The position numbers and the translations under genes are program-made. DNA of 64,000 bases from Parasitella parasitica NRRL 2501 (taxonomy: Eukaryota > Fungi > Mucoromycota): contig MU619247.1 in NCBI GenBank assembly GCA_025201805.1, positions 17,612-81,611 on the forward strand, written 5' to 3'. Each line of letters starts with the position of its first letter. The first letter of the stretch is position 1. Below the pieces are notes generated by a model that was not told where the DNA came from, did not search any database, and worked only from the letters and a program-made list of their open reading frames with translations. This document shows positions 13,532-27,169 of this stretch, piece after piece.

Positions 13532-14453
13532 AGTATGGTCGTATTACGAATAATTTATAAAATAGAAATAAAAGAAATAAAAGAAAAGAGCTCTGCTGAT
13601 TAGGAAAAAGGGGCCAAGTAATAAAAATACAACTTGTTCTTTCTCATACACTGACCACACCTTCAGCTTCACCAAATGTAATTTGAACACCGGCTTGTTA
13701 TCGATTTTCAGTAGCAGAAATTTGCTCGAGATCTCCTTTACAGAGATTACACAGTTGCTTGCAAAAAAAAAAAAAAAAAACTTACATTACATTATAGAAA
13801 GATAATTGCCTGATTATGTATTTCACAAAGCTCTACTGTGCGATATGCGCCCATTTTTTCTAAATTGCCATTGTTCATTTAACAATATAAAGAAAGATTG
13901 TCATGATTGTTCAAATATAAATATTTTACAGTAAAAAGTATATATAGCAATCGACAATGAAAAATAATGTGATATCGTCCACGTTTTATTTTACTCGGGG
14001 TAAACAACGATAATCATTGCAACATGGCACAAACTAGCTCTCTGAAATCCTCGGCATAGTGGCAAATTAAATTCTTTGCATTACCATATTGTATAGTAAG
14101 CGCCGAGATTCTCGGTTGCATTTTTCTGAGTGATTCCCCCCCCCCCCCCCAAGACCCTTTTTTTTTTTTTTTATATCGATCCAGAGTTTAGCTCCATGGA
14201 ATTCTAAATTTTTAATAGGTTCTAATACAAGAAAGGAATAAAAGGCAATATGATAAAAATGCAGTATATCTATAAATTTTTTGAAGGGAGAGGTAGTCTA
14301 GAATATATGGCAGAATTTGGATAAAAGGTACATATAGAAGCAAATAGTAAGGTGTATGTATATATGAAAGTCTATGTATAATATGTAAAAAAAAAAAAAA
14401 AAAAAAGGAAGGATGTGTAAACGAGGGCAAATAGTTTCTCGGGGAAAAATGAA

Positions 14454-15287
14454 TTATTTCAGTGTGTGTTCATTGTCGAACAATACATTGTTATGTTCTG
14501 AGGAGCCTAACAAAGATTTTTTTACCCTTTTTAACATGGATTTATAATGATATCGGCTTGTTGGTGCTGAGGGCGGTGCCGAAGGAACCGAGATGGGTTT
14601 GCTGTTTAAAAATAACGTTGCAGATCTGTCGTCGTCATCTACCATGGACGATGAGTATTCCAAAAAAGAACAGCTACGACGGGACATTTGCTTCAATTTC
14701 GCCAGGTTCCATTTATCAGTAAACGAGAATGAGGTTGACAATGCGGTCAAGGAGTTAGTGGAAGGCGAGGCATTGACACCGAATTTTTTTTTCTGCTGCT
14801 GTTGTAAAGTGGGTGACTTTGGGGCTGGCCAACTGTTGTGGTAATTGGTATGCTCAATGGTGTCATAGGAGCTAGGATACGAACAAGACAAAGAGTCATT
14901 TGTCAAGGGAGAGCAGCTAGGTGTGATCCAAGGCAAAAACGAGTTGACTCTCATCAGCTCCAGAACGGCCTCTGCAGCATCATCGAAAAGATGTAAATGG
15001 TAATTGCCTTGGCTATAATCGTCTAGTATTTTCTGTCGCATATCACAGGGTATGTTGATTTCTTGGGGAGAGTTTGGACGGATATACAAGTTTATCATCT
15101 TCTCACATAGTTGATAGTGGTCTTGCTTTCTGCATTCTTGGTGATATTCTTGGGTTGCCATCCAAAACGATAAATTCTCGATACAGTACGATTGATGCAA
15201 ATAGTTGGCAAATTCTTGAAAGGAGTCAGACGTTGGATCTTCCAAGATGGATTCGAGTGAAGGCACGATCTGATCAGTACCAAACAT
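14454..15287 (-). CDS. Single-domain RGS (regulator of G-protein signalling) protein, intronless
   Basis: SLESILED..FANYLHQSYCIENLSFW..YIRPNSPQEINIPCDMR..FDDAAEAVLELMRVNSFLPW is an RGS box, followed by a Ser-rich tail. Confidence 0.9.
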   Translation of the reverse strand: MFGTDQIVPSLESILEDPTSDSFQEFANYLHQSYCIENLSFWMATQEYHQECRKQDHYQLCEKMINLYIRPNSPQEINIPCDMRQKILDDYSQGNYHLHLFDDAAEAVLELMRVNSFLPWITPSCSPLTNDSLSCSYPSSYDTIEHTNYHNSWPAPKSPTLQQQQKKKFGVNASPSTNSLTALSTSFSFTDKWNLAKLKQMSRRSCSFLEYSSSMVDDDDRSATLFLNSKPISVPSAPPSAPTSRYHYKSMLKRVKKSLLGSSEHNNVLFDNEHTLK

Positions 15288-15736
15288 AATTTTAGTATCT
15301 AAACGAGGAGAGAGGAAAAAAAAAAGAAAGAAAGAAGAATGAAAGAGAGAGAGAAAGATAACGGAATAAGAGGGGAAATTGTAGTCAAAAAGAAAAACAA
15401 TCTAAAAAAAAAAAAAAAAAAAGGGAGCCCTAACGGTTGCAAGATGTCGTTCTTTTATCGCTGCTGAAAGTTTATTTCTTTCCTTACTTGGCCTACAAAG
15501 CAACCACAATGGTCCAAACAAGTACAATAAGGAATATATTCATTATAGTCTACACGTTGATTTTTTGAGATATTATTATCGTCAACAAGGCCATATGGCA
15601 CTATAGTTGCAAGATGACACAAAGTCTGATATGAAGTTTTCATTGGTGATCCATGTTGAAATCATTCGTCCATGTGGCCCCCTTTTATATCCTCAAGTTA
15701 CACACGCATTTTGTTATAGAAATACACAGGTTTTTA

Positions 15737-17169
15737 TTATGAATCGTGAGGATGATAAAGTACAATTGGTTCTATGGGCTTTGATGTATCGTACAAAAGA
15801 GAGGACTTGAAATTTACCAGTGGAAGCAAGTTGTTTTTCTCTATGATGACGTTGCTCTGGTAATGAGAATGATATAATACAGTAGGAAAGCTATTGCTTC
15901 TAAATCCTGATCTAATTCGCTTATATGGTACACTGTTGATTGTGGCGGCAGTATTGGACGTGGCTCTAATATCGCTACTGATCCTTCTAATGGTGGCAGG
16001 CTGGTCGTGTTGGTCCAGACATTCCCATTCAGTACGATTTGCAACTAGGAAATCAACGAAAACATGTGATTTGGGTAATAAACTGACCAAGGTTTGGAAA
16101 TAGGGTAGTATGTGCTGGCCAAACTTCAGGCTGATGGATTGCTGTGAATTAACCTCACGGTCCATACCAGGCGATACCGCAACCTTTCTCTTCTTTTCCT
16201 CGTCGCCCTGAGAAAAGAATTCCTGGATAATCAAATCTGACCACTGTTTTGAGATCACCCAGGGGCGCGCCATGTTGCTGATGTCTGCAGCATGCAGAAG
16301 AATGCGACACAGACTTGTCCTCTCCTCTCTGCTCAAGTGCGCTGGTGAAGTCAATGCTGTGCTTGTAGAGTGCTTTCGTTTGTTGCTGACATATTTTTTG
16401 GCGGTTACACTGCTGAGATGTTTGGCTTGTTCCGCTAATTCTGAATGATAGGCCATGTCTGTTGATAGAATCAGGTCCTTGATGGTGTCTCTGATCACGT
16501 GGCAATGAGCAGTGTTGTGTTTGTTTAATAGTTGCACTGTAAGATGAACGGAATACGCTTCAAGTGTGGACATTTTGCCGTATTTTTCTGCCAGCTCTGT
16601 TTTTGTGTTGATTTGGAACGAATTGGTGAATCCGGGCTATGTAATAGTGATGTTTTTAGCATATGCAGACTTTGTACGTGTTGAGATGTATGGTACTTAC
16701 ATGACCAATGTCATGGCACAGGGCGGCCACCAGTAGTATAGACTTGTCCAAGTCAGTTAGATACATGTCTGCATCCAGGTCATGGCAGATGTAGTACAAT
16801 ATTGTCACGATATCAACGGCGTGATAAAATGTGTGGTACGGTGCCTCTGTATATTTGTCTGCAACATCAATTAAAAAGTCCAATAGTTGAGATACGCTGA
16901 ATTTGAGAACTTTATGTACGTTGCAGCGAACAAATAGATTCAAGACATGAGCGAAAAGATCTGTATGGCTGTACGATAAGACGTTGACTCTGAGAGAGAT
17001 GTCTAAATCTGAATACTGACGAAATTTCTAATGTTGGTTTCATGATAAGATTAACAGACAGTTTGCAAGTATAATAAATAAATAAACAAACCTCTTCTAT
17101 CTCTAGTAATTGCTGTCCGGTCAGCTTTGACTTATTGAACTTTAACTCTAATGTTGTTGATTTCATCAT
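15737..17169 (-). CDS. Class I cyclic-nucleotide phosphodiesterase (PDEase_I, HD fold), atypical pocket
   Basis: PYHTFYHAVD, ALCHDIGHPG, STDMAYH, HAADISN and EFFSQGDEE motifs. Introns near 16640-16698 and 17020-17090. Confidence 0.88.
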
Positions 17170-20100
17170 GCAACAGCGCGGATTCGTTTATTTCTCTAAT
17201 GTTAAACGAAAAGAGAGGGAAAAAATAGAATCAAAAAGGGCCTATTTAAATAGGTGAAAAATCAAGGGGTAGTGTGATCAGTAGGCCAAAAAAAAAAAAG
17301 CTTAAAACATGTAAGTTATTTACAAGTTTTTGGCTCCCCAAGGATTGGTTTTCTTTTTGAAACGAGTGCAATTAGCTGTAATTGCAACGTCTCAAGACCA
17401 AAAACTTCTTCAAGTACAGAACGTCAAAAATAGTTTGATAATGTAATCGTCTGCGTCAAATGGCCTAATTTTAATATAACAAAGTCCAATTATACCTGAC
17501 ATGTTTTCCGAAACCTGTAGCCTTTAGCTGCACTTATTGGAAACACCTTGTCTATTATGGTAATATCATCAGATTATAGCTATAAAAAGCAAATTGCAAA
17601 TTGCATACCATGACTCCTTAATCAATGGCAGCTCGACTCTTTTCTGTTGAAATCAGAAGGGGGTAAGCTTAGTACTTGTACATCATTGTGAATACAGCAA
17701 GAGAATCCAGAATATCATGTATAGCGTTTTGCGCTAAAACCTCAACAAATATCTTGCCAATTCTATCACTGCGTCTTCATCTTCTGCTACAGGTGTACTT
17801 TACACCGAGTTATATTTTTACTTTTGAAAGTCAAAGTTCATCCTCTTCACCTCTTTAATCATTCTTTTTATTTTGGTGGTATTAATTGAATGTACATCTT
17901 CAATAGAGTATGCTCTTCGAGGTTACTGCTGTCGGTCTTGAGGAGCATCCCAATCAGACAAACTTGGCCTATTGTTGGTTCCTTACCTTGAGGTTGGCTT
18001 TGGTATCCTCGAAGTTTGTAGTATCCTTTCACATCCTAGCGGATTTTCGAGGCCAAGGCCCCGGCAATATCCAAAGCAGCTTTTTTCGATCCAATCTGGT
18101 GTATTATTCATGTACTACTAGGTATAGGAACCTGGAGCAAATCAGTAATATATCCTATCCGTCTGACAACATGCAATTGAAGGGAACAGAGTTTACTGGA
18201 CCCTATAGCCTCAAAGAACTTTGCTTTAAAGCACAAGTTGAAGAGGCTGTTTCTTTTCTGATGATTACGTAACATTAGCGGATATGCTTTTGTTTTCTTA
18301 TGAAAGAAAGCAAAATGGACTATGTGGTATTGTGTACCTTTTAAGAGGGCATATTAGCAACACAATTACTTGGCATCACTGATTTTGTTGTGCTGATCAC
18401 CAGTCGCGACGGTTTCAAACCGTTGATAAGTGAAGCGTAGTTCGATCCAAATTCCACGGTTCTTTTGGCACATCTCTATAGTTATTTCAATCTGCTTTAG
18501 ATATTTATTCTTACTTATGCACTACATCATTGATTCCAATATTTGCAATAGAACTCTATTTGAGCAGCAAGAATCAGTCGGTGAATGATTATGGAATTAA
18601 GGAACAAAACTTTGAGAGTTGGTTGGTAACATGATGTTGATAATTAAGCTATCATGCAAAAGATTAAGGTCTATAATTGCTTGGCAAGTGTTGGGCAAAG
18701 TGAGAAAGTTTTGCAGGATGGTTAACGAAACAAACGATTTCGGGCTGTTCAAAGTGCACTTCATGAGACTCACTTAGGAAGAGGAGTCGCAATCTTTTTT
18801 GAGGATAAAGTTGTGATCAACATGTCAATATACTCTTTTGTTCCCTTGGGTTCACAGCTACATGCAATGCTACCATGGAATTAAGACATCATTATTATTT
18901 CTTTATGCTTACACTACTTATACGGCAAAAACGAAAATTATGCCAAGATGGCTTTTGACAACGGCAAAAAGCTCTGTCGTCTCATTATCACTGACATAGA
19001 TATTAGTGACATTGCTTGATAGATGCTCAAAAAGCGTAGGAACGTTGTTCATGCTGTCAAATCTTGAACTGGCAACATAAACTAAAAGGATATTTCTTGG
19101 TGTTTACAACTAACCGTGGTCAAGTACATGTATGTTTTTAATATCATACATGTGTTTATCAGATTATAGTTTTAGAAAATTTCGTATTGTCCTGTATTGT
19201 CTATACACAGTGAAACCTTAGATAGATGTGAACTGTTATAAAAGTACGATCCCTAGTGCAATGAAGCTTGACATGTTGAACTTGTGAAAGACAACAGAAA
19301 TCAATGATGTTTCTTTTTGCGATAAACAGTCTGAAGTTACACTACGACCCTGTCCCGTGTTACAAAGCAACTTACCCTTTTGTTCGTGTTTACGAAAATG
19401 ATGATTTCTCAATATAGAAAGAAAAAAACCGGTTTTACATTGTGTTATTTAACATTAGCAACAACAAATTCTCCAAGTTTTACTACATGCAATGTAATGC
19501 CAAAGGTAAGAAATAAAAATGCAAGCAGCACGCTTCTCAACGTAACAGATGCTCCTTTTTTTTATTTTTACTGAAATGCTCCTGAAGTAAGATGAGGCTA
19601 GTAATCATATCTAGTCAGTATCGGTCTTACGAGAGCATATTCACATACTCTAGCAAACAGTTATTTGACTGAATGTGAACATTCTATTACATATATACAA
19701 TATGTATTGCAAATGTATCTAGACCTCCTCTACCACATTTTATTTATATAAAAAAAAAAAAAAAGACACGTTGTACTCATCATGCAATGTAATGCAAGTG
19801 CCTTGGCTATATTCTAACCATCTTTGTCACAATTTGCATGTTAAAATGTCAAATCAAATGGTGTATAGACACCATATCTTTGGACTAAGGATTAATATGT
19901 ACCATGCAATGCTGTGTATTGCTTGTATGGTGAGTGTTCCTAAAATACAGGTGTGCCTTCCGTCGGTTTTCAAATGAACACACGACTACAAGTCATCTAC
20001 ACTGCAACTAATGTTTTTAAAAGGTCACATGAACTGTCAATGGTAGTAAATAACAAAAAACAAATATCAACCACGTTGACCTCAGTCTAACACCTGTTTA

Positions 20101-20243
20101 ATCTATTGTAAACGTACAGCATACAATCGTAACACGATGCTATTACGTAGTAATTAGACATTGTTTAAATATAAAGGGGGTAAATGTATATAAGTATAGA
20201 AAAGAAAAGCAGTGTATACTAGCATCTATTGTCAAACACTTTC

Positions 20244-21709
20244 CTATCTTCTAGTAGTATGATTACGGCCATGTAATTGGTACATGTGCTCCAATTCAGT
20301 TTCCATAGCCTTGATCTGAGCATGCTGCTCTTCAAGATCCTTATTAAGACGATCACGTTCAGAAACCAACTAATGAATTATTGTTAGTGCCTTGTTTCCT
20401 GTTCTAAGAAAAGACATGGATATCGTACTTGAGCCTCCCATTGACGGAAGCGATTCTCTTCATCCTTGACTTGTTTGGTAAAGTTCAAGCGAAGCTGTTC
20501 CTCATCCTCCTTGAATTTAGGGTTTTCGTACTTTTTAAGCTTGGGTTCACCAAATTTACGAGTGCCCATTTGCGATTGACGATAGTTTTCATAGTGCATT
20601 TCTTCTGTCGTCGAAATCAAATCGTGCATGTGCGACCGAACCAAGAGCTTTCTCAACTTCTTAAAGTCACAGTGCTCTTCATTTTCAACCTCGGCGACAC
20701 CCCATGAGTATTCTCTGCCCTTCACTTTACGTCCATCAGCAAGGGCCACATCTTGGGTCGAGCCGATGATGGCAAAAGGCATGGCTGCCATTATACTCTT
20801 GTTAACCGCTGTAATATCCTCGTCTTCGCTGTCGATTGGACAAGAGTACACTTGAATATGGTTAGCAGCAATTGAATTCAAGATCTATATGTTATGTGTC
20901 AGCAGATCAAATTTCAATTCTCATTGCAGTCTATTACTTGCATTGATCTTGTACTGTGCTAAATCACGTGGAGTGAGTGTATCTGCCTTAGCAATGACAG
21001 GAATCAAATTCACTCGAGAACCAAGATGCTTCATGACCTCGATATCGAGGGGCTTTAAGCTAGCGCATGCTTGTGTTAATGCTATTCTAATTGACCGAGT
21101 AAAACGACTTACGAATGGCCAGAAGGCCTGATGAAATAGAGACAGGCATGGACCCGAAGATCAATGGCGCTCTTGCGGGTGGGCTGTTGCTCCTGAGCCA
21201 TGAAGCTCTCATGCTGATCGTCGAGAAATTCATAGATGGGCATCCAGCTATTGTAATTGTTGACATAATCACCGAATCCAGGAGTGTCAATGATGGTCAG
21301 CATGACTTTAAAGTTCTTTTCCTCGAGTTCTGACCAAGGATGTTACAGATTAGAAATGTGGGTGTCAATCTTGTCGCTTTTGCGCATATACCTGCTTTGG
21401 TGATCTCAATCTCGACAGTCTTCTGTGTTTGTTTAGCATGGCGCTTATTCAAGTTTTTGTCAACCTTAATACCGGTAGTAAATAAGGTATTGACGAACGT
21501 AGTTTTGCCAACACCAGATTCACCTGTTGAATATTCAGTCAAATTTTTCTCGAGAACGAAAAAAAAAAAAGGAACCCTTCCCCCCCCCCCCTGAATCATA
21601 TCTTACCACAAACCATCAAGGTAAACTTGGCACCACGTTTTGATACAATCTTATGACGTTGATTAGGAAGATGCGCTATACCTACACCGCTGCTTGCTGT
21701 GGGAGACAT
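20244..21709 (-). CDS. CDC12: Septin, Cdc12/AspC type
   Basis: [58 protein letters not shown], and a coiled coil NPKFKEDEEQLR..EENRFRQWE..ERDRLNKDLE typical of Cdc12/AspC. Five introns. Confidence 0.88.
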
Positions 21710-21944
21710 GCTTTGCTATAATGAACGAGAGGGAAAGAAAGAAAGAAGAGAGAAAGTGAAGGTATAGTAGCAAGTAGAAATGATATTTTGTGATTGCATC
21801 TCAGCCTATAGTGGTGGTGTAACTAAACCCATAGTCTTTTTTTGACAATAAACCTCATGCAAAAAAGCAGAATCCTCCAATAAAAAGCATTGATAAACGA
21901 GTTAATTCAAGAATGTGTTACTTGTGATACAGAGTTTATTGAGA

Positions 21945-24623
21945 TTAGTAGCCTTTCATTTCAGATATCACAGACCTCTCTCTGTCTTTGCTCATTTCTC
22001 CATAGCCAATGACTCTCATTGAGAATGATCCGCTACCGCCTGTCAAACTACGGAGCGCACTGGAGTAGCCGAGCATGGAACTCAGTGGTACATGTGCCTT
22101 TATAACTTGTTTAGGTTTGTATCCATCCACATTCGACGAGACTAAGAGTGAGTCTTCAGGAGCATACACTTGTGCATTTGTGGCTTCATCACCATCACCG
22201 CCCTGCGAGGAAGAAGACGACTCCAAGCTTATAACGTGGCCTCTGCGGGTGCCGCTCAAATCACCGACAACGCTACCTATATGATTCTCATTTACTTCGG
22301 TATACACTTCCATCATAGGTTCTAAAAGACATGGGTTTGCCTTTTGTACAGCATTGTACACTCCATTAGAAACGCAAGCAGAGATTGCTCCAAGTGTAGT
22401 TTCAGGGCCAAATGTCTGTAAGCCGTACGCCTTCACCTTGAGTTTTGTAAGAGGGAAACCGAGTACAGCGCCACGGGCAAGGCCAGCTAGTAAACCATTC
22501 TGCACGGCTTGTTTCATGTCTTCAGGGTGAATATCTGCTGTAGGTAACTGGTCGTCTTCAAGAACAATGTCAGCAGTAAGCTGGTTGCCAGAGTCAGCGA
22601 ACCAGCCTTCTTGTATCGTTTGCTCTGAACTATCATGGATGGGTGATATCTCAACACGACAAGCAGCCCGCGCTCTTTTCCCCAGCACCTCCTTGTCGTA
22701 GACTGCGCTGGCATCTGCTTCTGATTGACAGGTTTCTCGGTAGCTAATTCTCATCTTGCCCATCTCAGCCTTCACTTTAAAGTCATTCAAAAGACGGTCT
22801 TTGACAATCTCCAGGTGCAGTTCGCCCATACCACTCACCAGGAGTTGTCCACTTTCTTCGTCTGTCCACACATTCAGCGACGGATCTTCACGCACAAGGC
22901 TTTTGAGAGCATTCGTAACTGCTTCTTCTTCCGACACAGAGGCTGGCTCAACCGCGGAAAAGAAGGCTGGACTAGGAACCTCAATATTGCTCAGTTGTTG
23001 TCCCTTTTTAATTGCATTGGTGTCGTTTGACTGTACAAGTGTGTCGCCAGTACGCGTGTCTTTAAGGCCTACAATAACGCCAATGTTGCCAGCACCGATA
23101 GAGGGTATTTCTTCGACATCTTTGGCGTACATTTGGAGCAATCTATTCACTCTTTCCTTGCCCCTGGTTGTGGTGTTGAACAAGGTCATTCTCGTGCTGA
23201 TTTTGCCTATGGTAAAACACAGATTCTAATCATTATGGGATATAGCCAGATAAATCAAAATAGCCCTACCTGAATATACTTTAACATATACCATCGGTCC
23301 CCTTTTAGCATCATGAACTACTTTGAAAGCCAAAGCGCACAAATGGTTGTCGTTCAAAGGGATCAGTGCAGTCTTACCGCTACTGTAGGTAACCATAGCC
23401 GAAGGCCTATCCAGAGGACTGGGCAAGTAGTCAATGACTGCATCCAGCAGTGGCTGGACACCCAAATTCTTGAATGCGGCACCGCACAAAACAGGAACGG
23501 CCTTATTAGCAACCGTAACTCTTCGAATCGCAGCTTTCAATGCATCGGGATCGACACGCATGTGATCTCCATCTGCCTCATCGAAAAATATCTCTACAAT
23601 ATCGTCATCCATCTCTGCCAAGGCCTCTACCAACGCAGTTCGCCCTTTAACTGCTTCCTGCAGCAATGCGTCATCCGCGGTAGTGTCTTTCAGAGAGATC
23701 CTGTTTAAAACAGACCCATCCGTATGCGCATCGTCCCATTGTATCATTTCCATGGTCACTAAATCCACCACCGCTCTAAGGCCTTTGTGTCTTTGATCCA
23801 TGCTTTCATCATTCATCACGGGTAACTGCACTACCAGAGGCCGAGTTCGTAGCTTCTTCCACATTTCACGCACGGTTCTCCCAAAGGCTGCGCCGGTTCT
23901 GTCCAGCTTGTTGACAAACGCAATACGAGGAATCTCATATCTCTCAGCCTGCTTCCACACAGTCTCTGTTTGTGCCTCGACGCCGGCAACGCCATCCAAA
24001 ATGGTGACAGCTCCATCGAGCACTCGCACAGCTCTCTCAACCTCCATTGTGAAATCGACATGGCCTGGTGTATCGATCAGGTTGATGCGGTGGCCGTCCC
24101 ACCCAAATGTGATGGCGGCACTGTTGATGGTAATGCCCCGTTCTCTCTCGGCTGCAAGATAGTCCATCACTGTATCTCCGTCATCGATGTCTAGTATATT
24201 GCTCTGGTCAAAATCGTAAAGTGTCTGCCGGGACATTTGCTATTTGCACCTACCTCCAATTCGTTTTGTTACGCCTGCATAATACAGCATACGCTCGGTA
24301 GTAGTTGTTTTGCCTGTTTGTTGAAAGATAAAGTTGTCAGCACAAGTGTCAGTAGGATATTTCCACACACACACACCTGCATCAATGTGTGCAATAATGC
24401 CTATATTTCTGGTTTTTTGTATAGTGAAATCTTTGGCATCTATTTTGTAGTAATGTCAATTAGGTTTTCATTTGACAGTTGCTCCCCTCATTTTTTTTTT
24501 TTTTTACCAACCTGTGGTGTATGATTTGTATTGACAAAGTACCTTGATCGGTCGAATAAAGGAATTAACTTTTAAATCGGTAGTTACAGGCCTTTTAAGT
24601 GATGCTGTTATATATCTGAGCAT
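21945..24623 (-). CDS. MEF2: Mitochondrial ribosome-releasing factor 2 (EF-G2mt)
   Basis: [54 protein letters not shown] and GMGELHLEI. Basic/hydroxylated N-terminal presequence from ATG 24623. Confidence 0.9.
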
Positions 24624-25869
24624 TTGGCTAAACAGTTTGACAACTTTTGGAGAAATCGTTGCGGAAAAAAAAAAAAAAAAGAACCAGGGGCTCCATAAAT
24701 TAAATGCTTCCGCACAACAGGTACCAGCGTCCTTGCTTGTGACATTTTGCCAACCAACATGTAGCGGCCGAAGAGTTTGAAATATCTACCCTTGTATGAA
24801 ATACCAAGGCAAAAATCAGGATAGGCAGCCGAAGAAAATACGTGATCTTATTTTACAATATCTAGAGCGACTACTAGCTATTTGCAGATGGTAGTTCACC
24901 ATTACAGGCTTCCATAATCAAGTGCAAAAATACAACGTTCCAATCAAGACTTGGTACAACTTTGCAAAATCAGCCAAGTTTTAACCAAAAAATAGACTAT
25001 AAAATTAAACTAAACATCGTTTTCATCACTGCTAAAAAGTATTTCCCTATACCTACCATTGCAAGGAGACGAAAGAATCCTTCAAAGGTCAAGGATCATT
25101 GAACAAAATGTGCCGGTCGGACATTAAATACCATTGGGCTTCTTCTGTTCTTTTTCGATTGCTTTGGACACCCCTCTGACGTTTTTTGGAATTATGCGCC
25201 CAAAACTGCAACACACTCGCCCGACCTGCTCTAAGCTTCCTGGGGCAACATTTGAGGTCTGTTCCGTTGAAAATGGTTTAAACTTGCTATCTCCATTTCT
25301 GAACGAGATAATCACGAAAAACGTCAATTTGATTTATTGACAAAAGGTCCAAATTTAGCAAGGCAAATGAGTTATATCTTGCTTCCAGAGGAAAGAGTGA
25401 ACCCACAGCAACGTTTTGTATTAGCACATGTACTAGTAAAAATTGTCTTTTTGGGGTTCAAAATAAGCATTCTTTGAAAACCATGTTTTTTTATGAGGGA
25501 TACCTCATGCAAAATTCTCAAAATTATGAGAAAAATCAAATTGCCCAAAAACCACGAGAAATAGGCCTGGTCGATGCCTGTTGATGAAAAATGACCACCT
25601 GGATTGGTTTGGGAGCTTCCGAACCGATTTTGGAGCTCACAAGCATCATTTGAAATCACAGCTTTTTGGACCAGATGGCCCTGTTTTTTCGCGCTTCTTG
25701 CCTGATTTCCTGCAGGCACCGATGCTCCAGTGCACGTTTTCCATTTGAACGAATAGCCAACTTGATGAAACGATGTCTGATCAAAGTTTATTGTGACGAG
25801 TGCCGCCATTGAAAAAAAAAAAAAAAGCTGGCAGGGTAGATTTCACATCTTCTTTTTTTGCAAGCAACC

Positions 25870-27069
25870 ATGTCAACAACAACCGTAGCATTTCGTATAG
25901 CCAATTCTTGCAAATCAGCCACTCGCAGCTTCTCTTCTAGTGGCTATCGCAGGCCGCATAATATAAACATAAAGACAAAGCACCAGCCATACAAAGAAAC
26001 AAGCGATTCTTGGGATCACATTTATGGGGTTTCCAGTGTTTTATCCGCCTTAAAAGCTAGAAAGCGACAGACCATGGACACAGTTTACATCCAAGAGACA
26101 GAAGAAACGAAAACCACGCAGAAAAAGGATAGCACATTGATTTCGCAAATCCTTGATTTAGCCAAAACTGCCAACGTCGCTGTGATTGCTGTTGATAAGG
26201 GACGATTGAACAATCTAACGGACAATAAACTTCACCAGGTACAGACTCACATTTGTTTACAGCATGTGGGTTTGGTTTGACAGCTAATCTTTCTCCATTG
26301 TGTTGTAGGGTGTGGTGTTGAAAGCGTCACCTCGAAATCCTATTGAAATAGGTGCATTATCACACATTGTGGATCATGGGTATGATGCACTACCTCGAGT
26401 AAATAAACGAGGGAGCCAGCAGGACAGAGAAAAGCAGCAGAAAGAAAGTTTGAGCATTAAGTTCAAGACATCAAATTTGCGCATGCCCTTTTGGATTGCT
26501 TTGGATCAAGTACAAGACCCTCAAGTAAAGAAAAAAAAAACAAAAAAAAAAAGAAGCAGATCATGCAATGAAATATGAATGAACAGTTTGAACTAAAAAA
26601 CAAAGCTTGTTATTAGAACCTTGGATCTATCATGAGAACAGCTTATTTCTTTGGCGTGGATGGCGTTTTGCTGTGTAGTAAAAACAGTGCTCCATTGAGC
26701 CCTACTGTTTCCAAAGTTAGCTCTGGAGCAATTGAGATGATGGAAATTTATTCAACACCCAATCTCGTGAAATTTCTCAAGGAATCTCATGCAAATGGAT
26801 GGGAGATCATAGGAGCCGCAGCTGGTGGAGGCGAGACTAATCAGCCAATGAATTTGTCACAGTTTCGAGAAGCATGTCAAAAGCCCGTAGTGCTAGTGTT
26901 AGGAAACGAGGGCACAGGTCTTCGCACCAATGTCCAAAACGAATGCACTTCCTTTGTTAGCATACCTAGTGCCATAGACAGCGACACAGCATTCAACGGC
27001 TCTGTTGATAGTTTGAACGTGGGCGTAGCAGCTGGTGTATTGCTTTCGTCTGCTGCCTTGTTTAAATAA
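25870..27069 (+). CDS. MRM1: Mitochondrial rRNA 2'-O-methyltransferase (SpoU/TrmH family)
   Basis: HIYGVSSVLSAL, HQGVVL, LDQVQDPQNLGSIMRTAYFFGVD, SKVSSGA, LVLGNEGTGLR and DSLNVGVAAGVLL. Two introns. Confidence 0.9.
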
Positions 27070-27079
27070 AACAACGAGT

Positions 27080-27080
<1 letters not shown>

Positions 27081-27143
<63 letters not shown>

Positions 27144-27169
27144 TTTTTTTTTTTTTTTTTTTTTTTTTT
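27081..27169. repeat. ~89-nt poly(T)/poly(A) tract between the convergent MRM1 and FHIP genes
   Basis: Near-pure T run with a single G interruption. Confidence 0.95.

Noticed and set aside
25372-25809. 145-aa ATG ORF in the MEF2/MRM1 spacer
   Set aside because: No recognisable motif or coding-like composition; treated as a chance ORF in a probable repeat.
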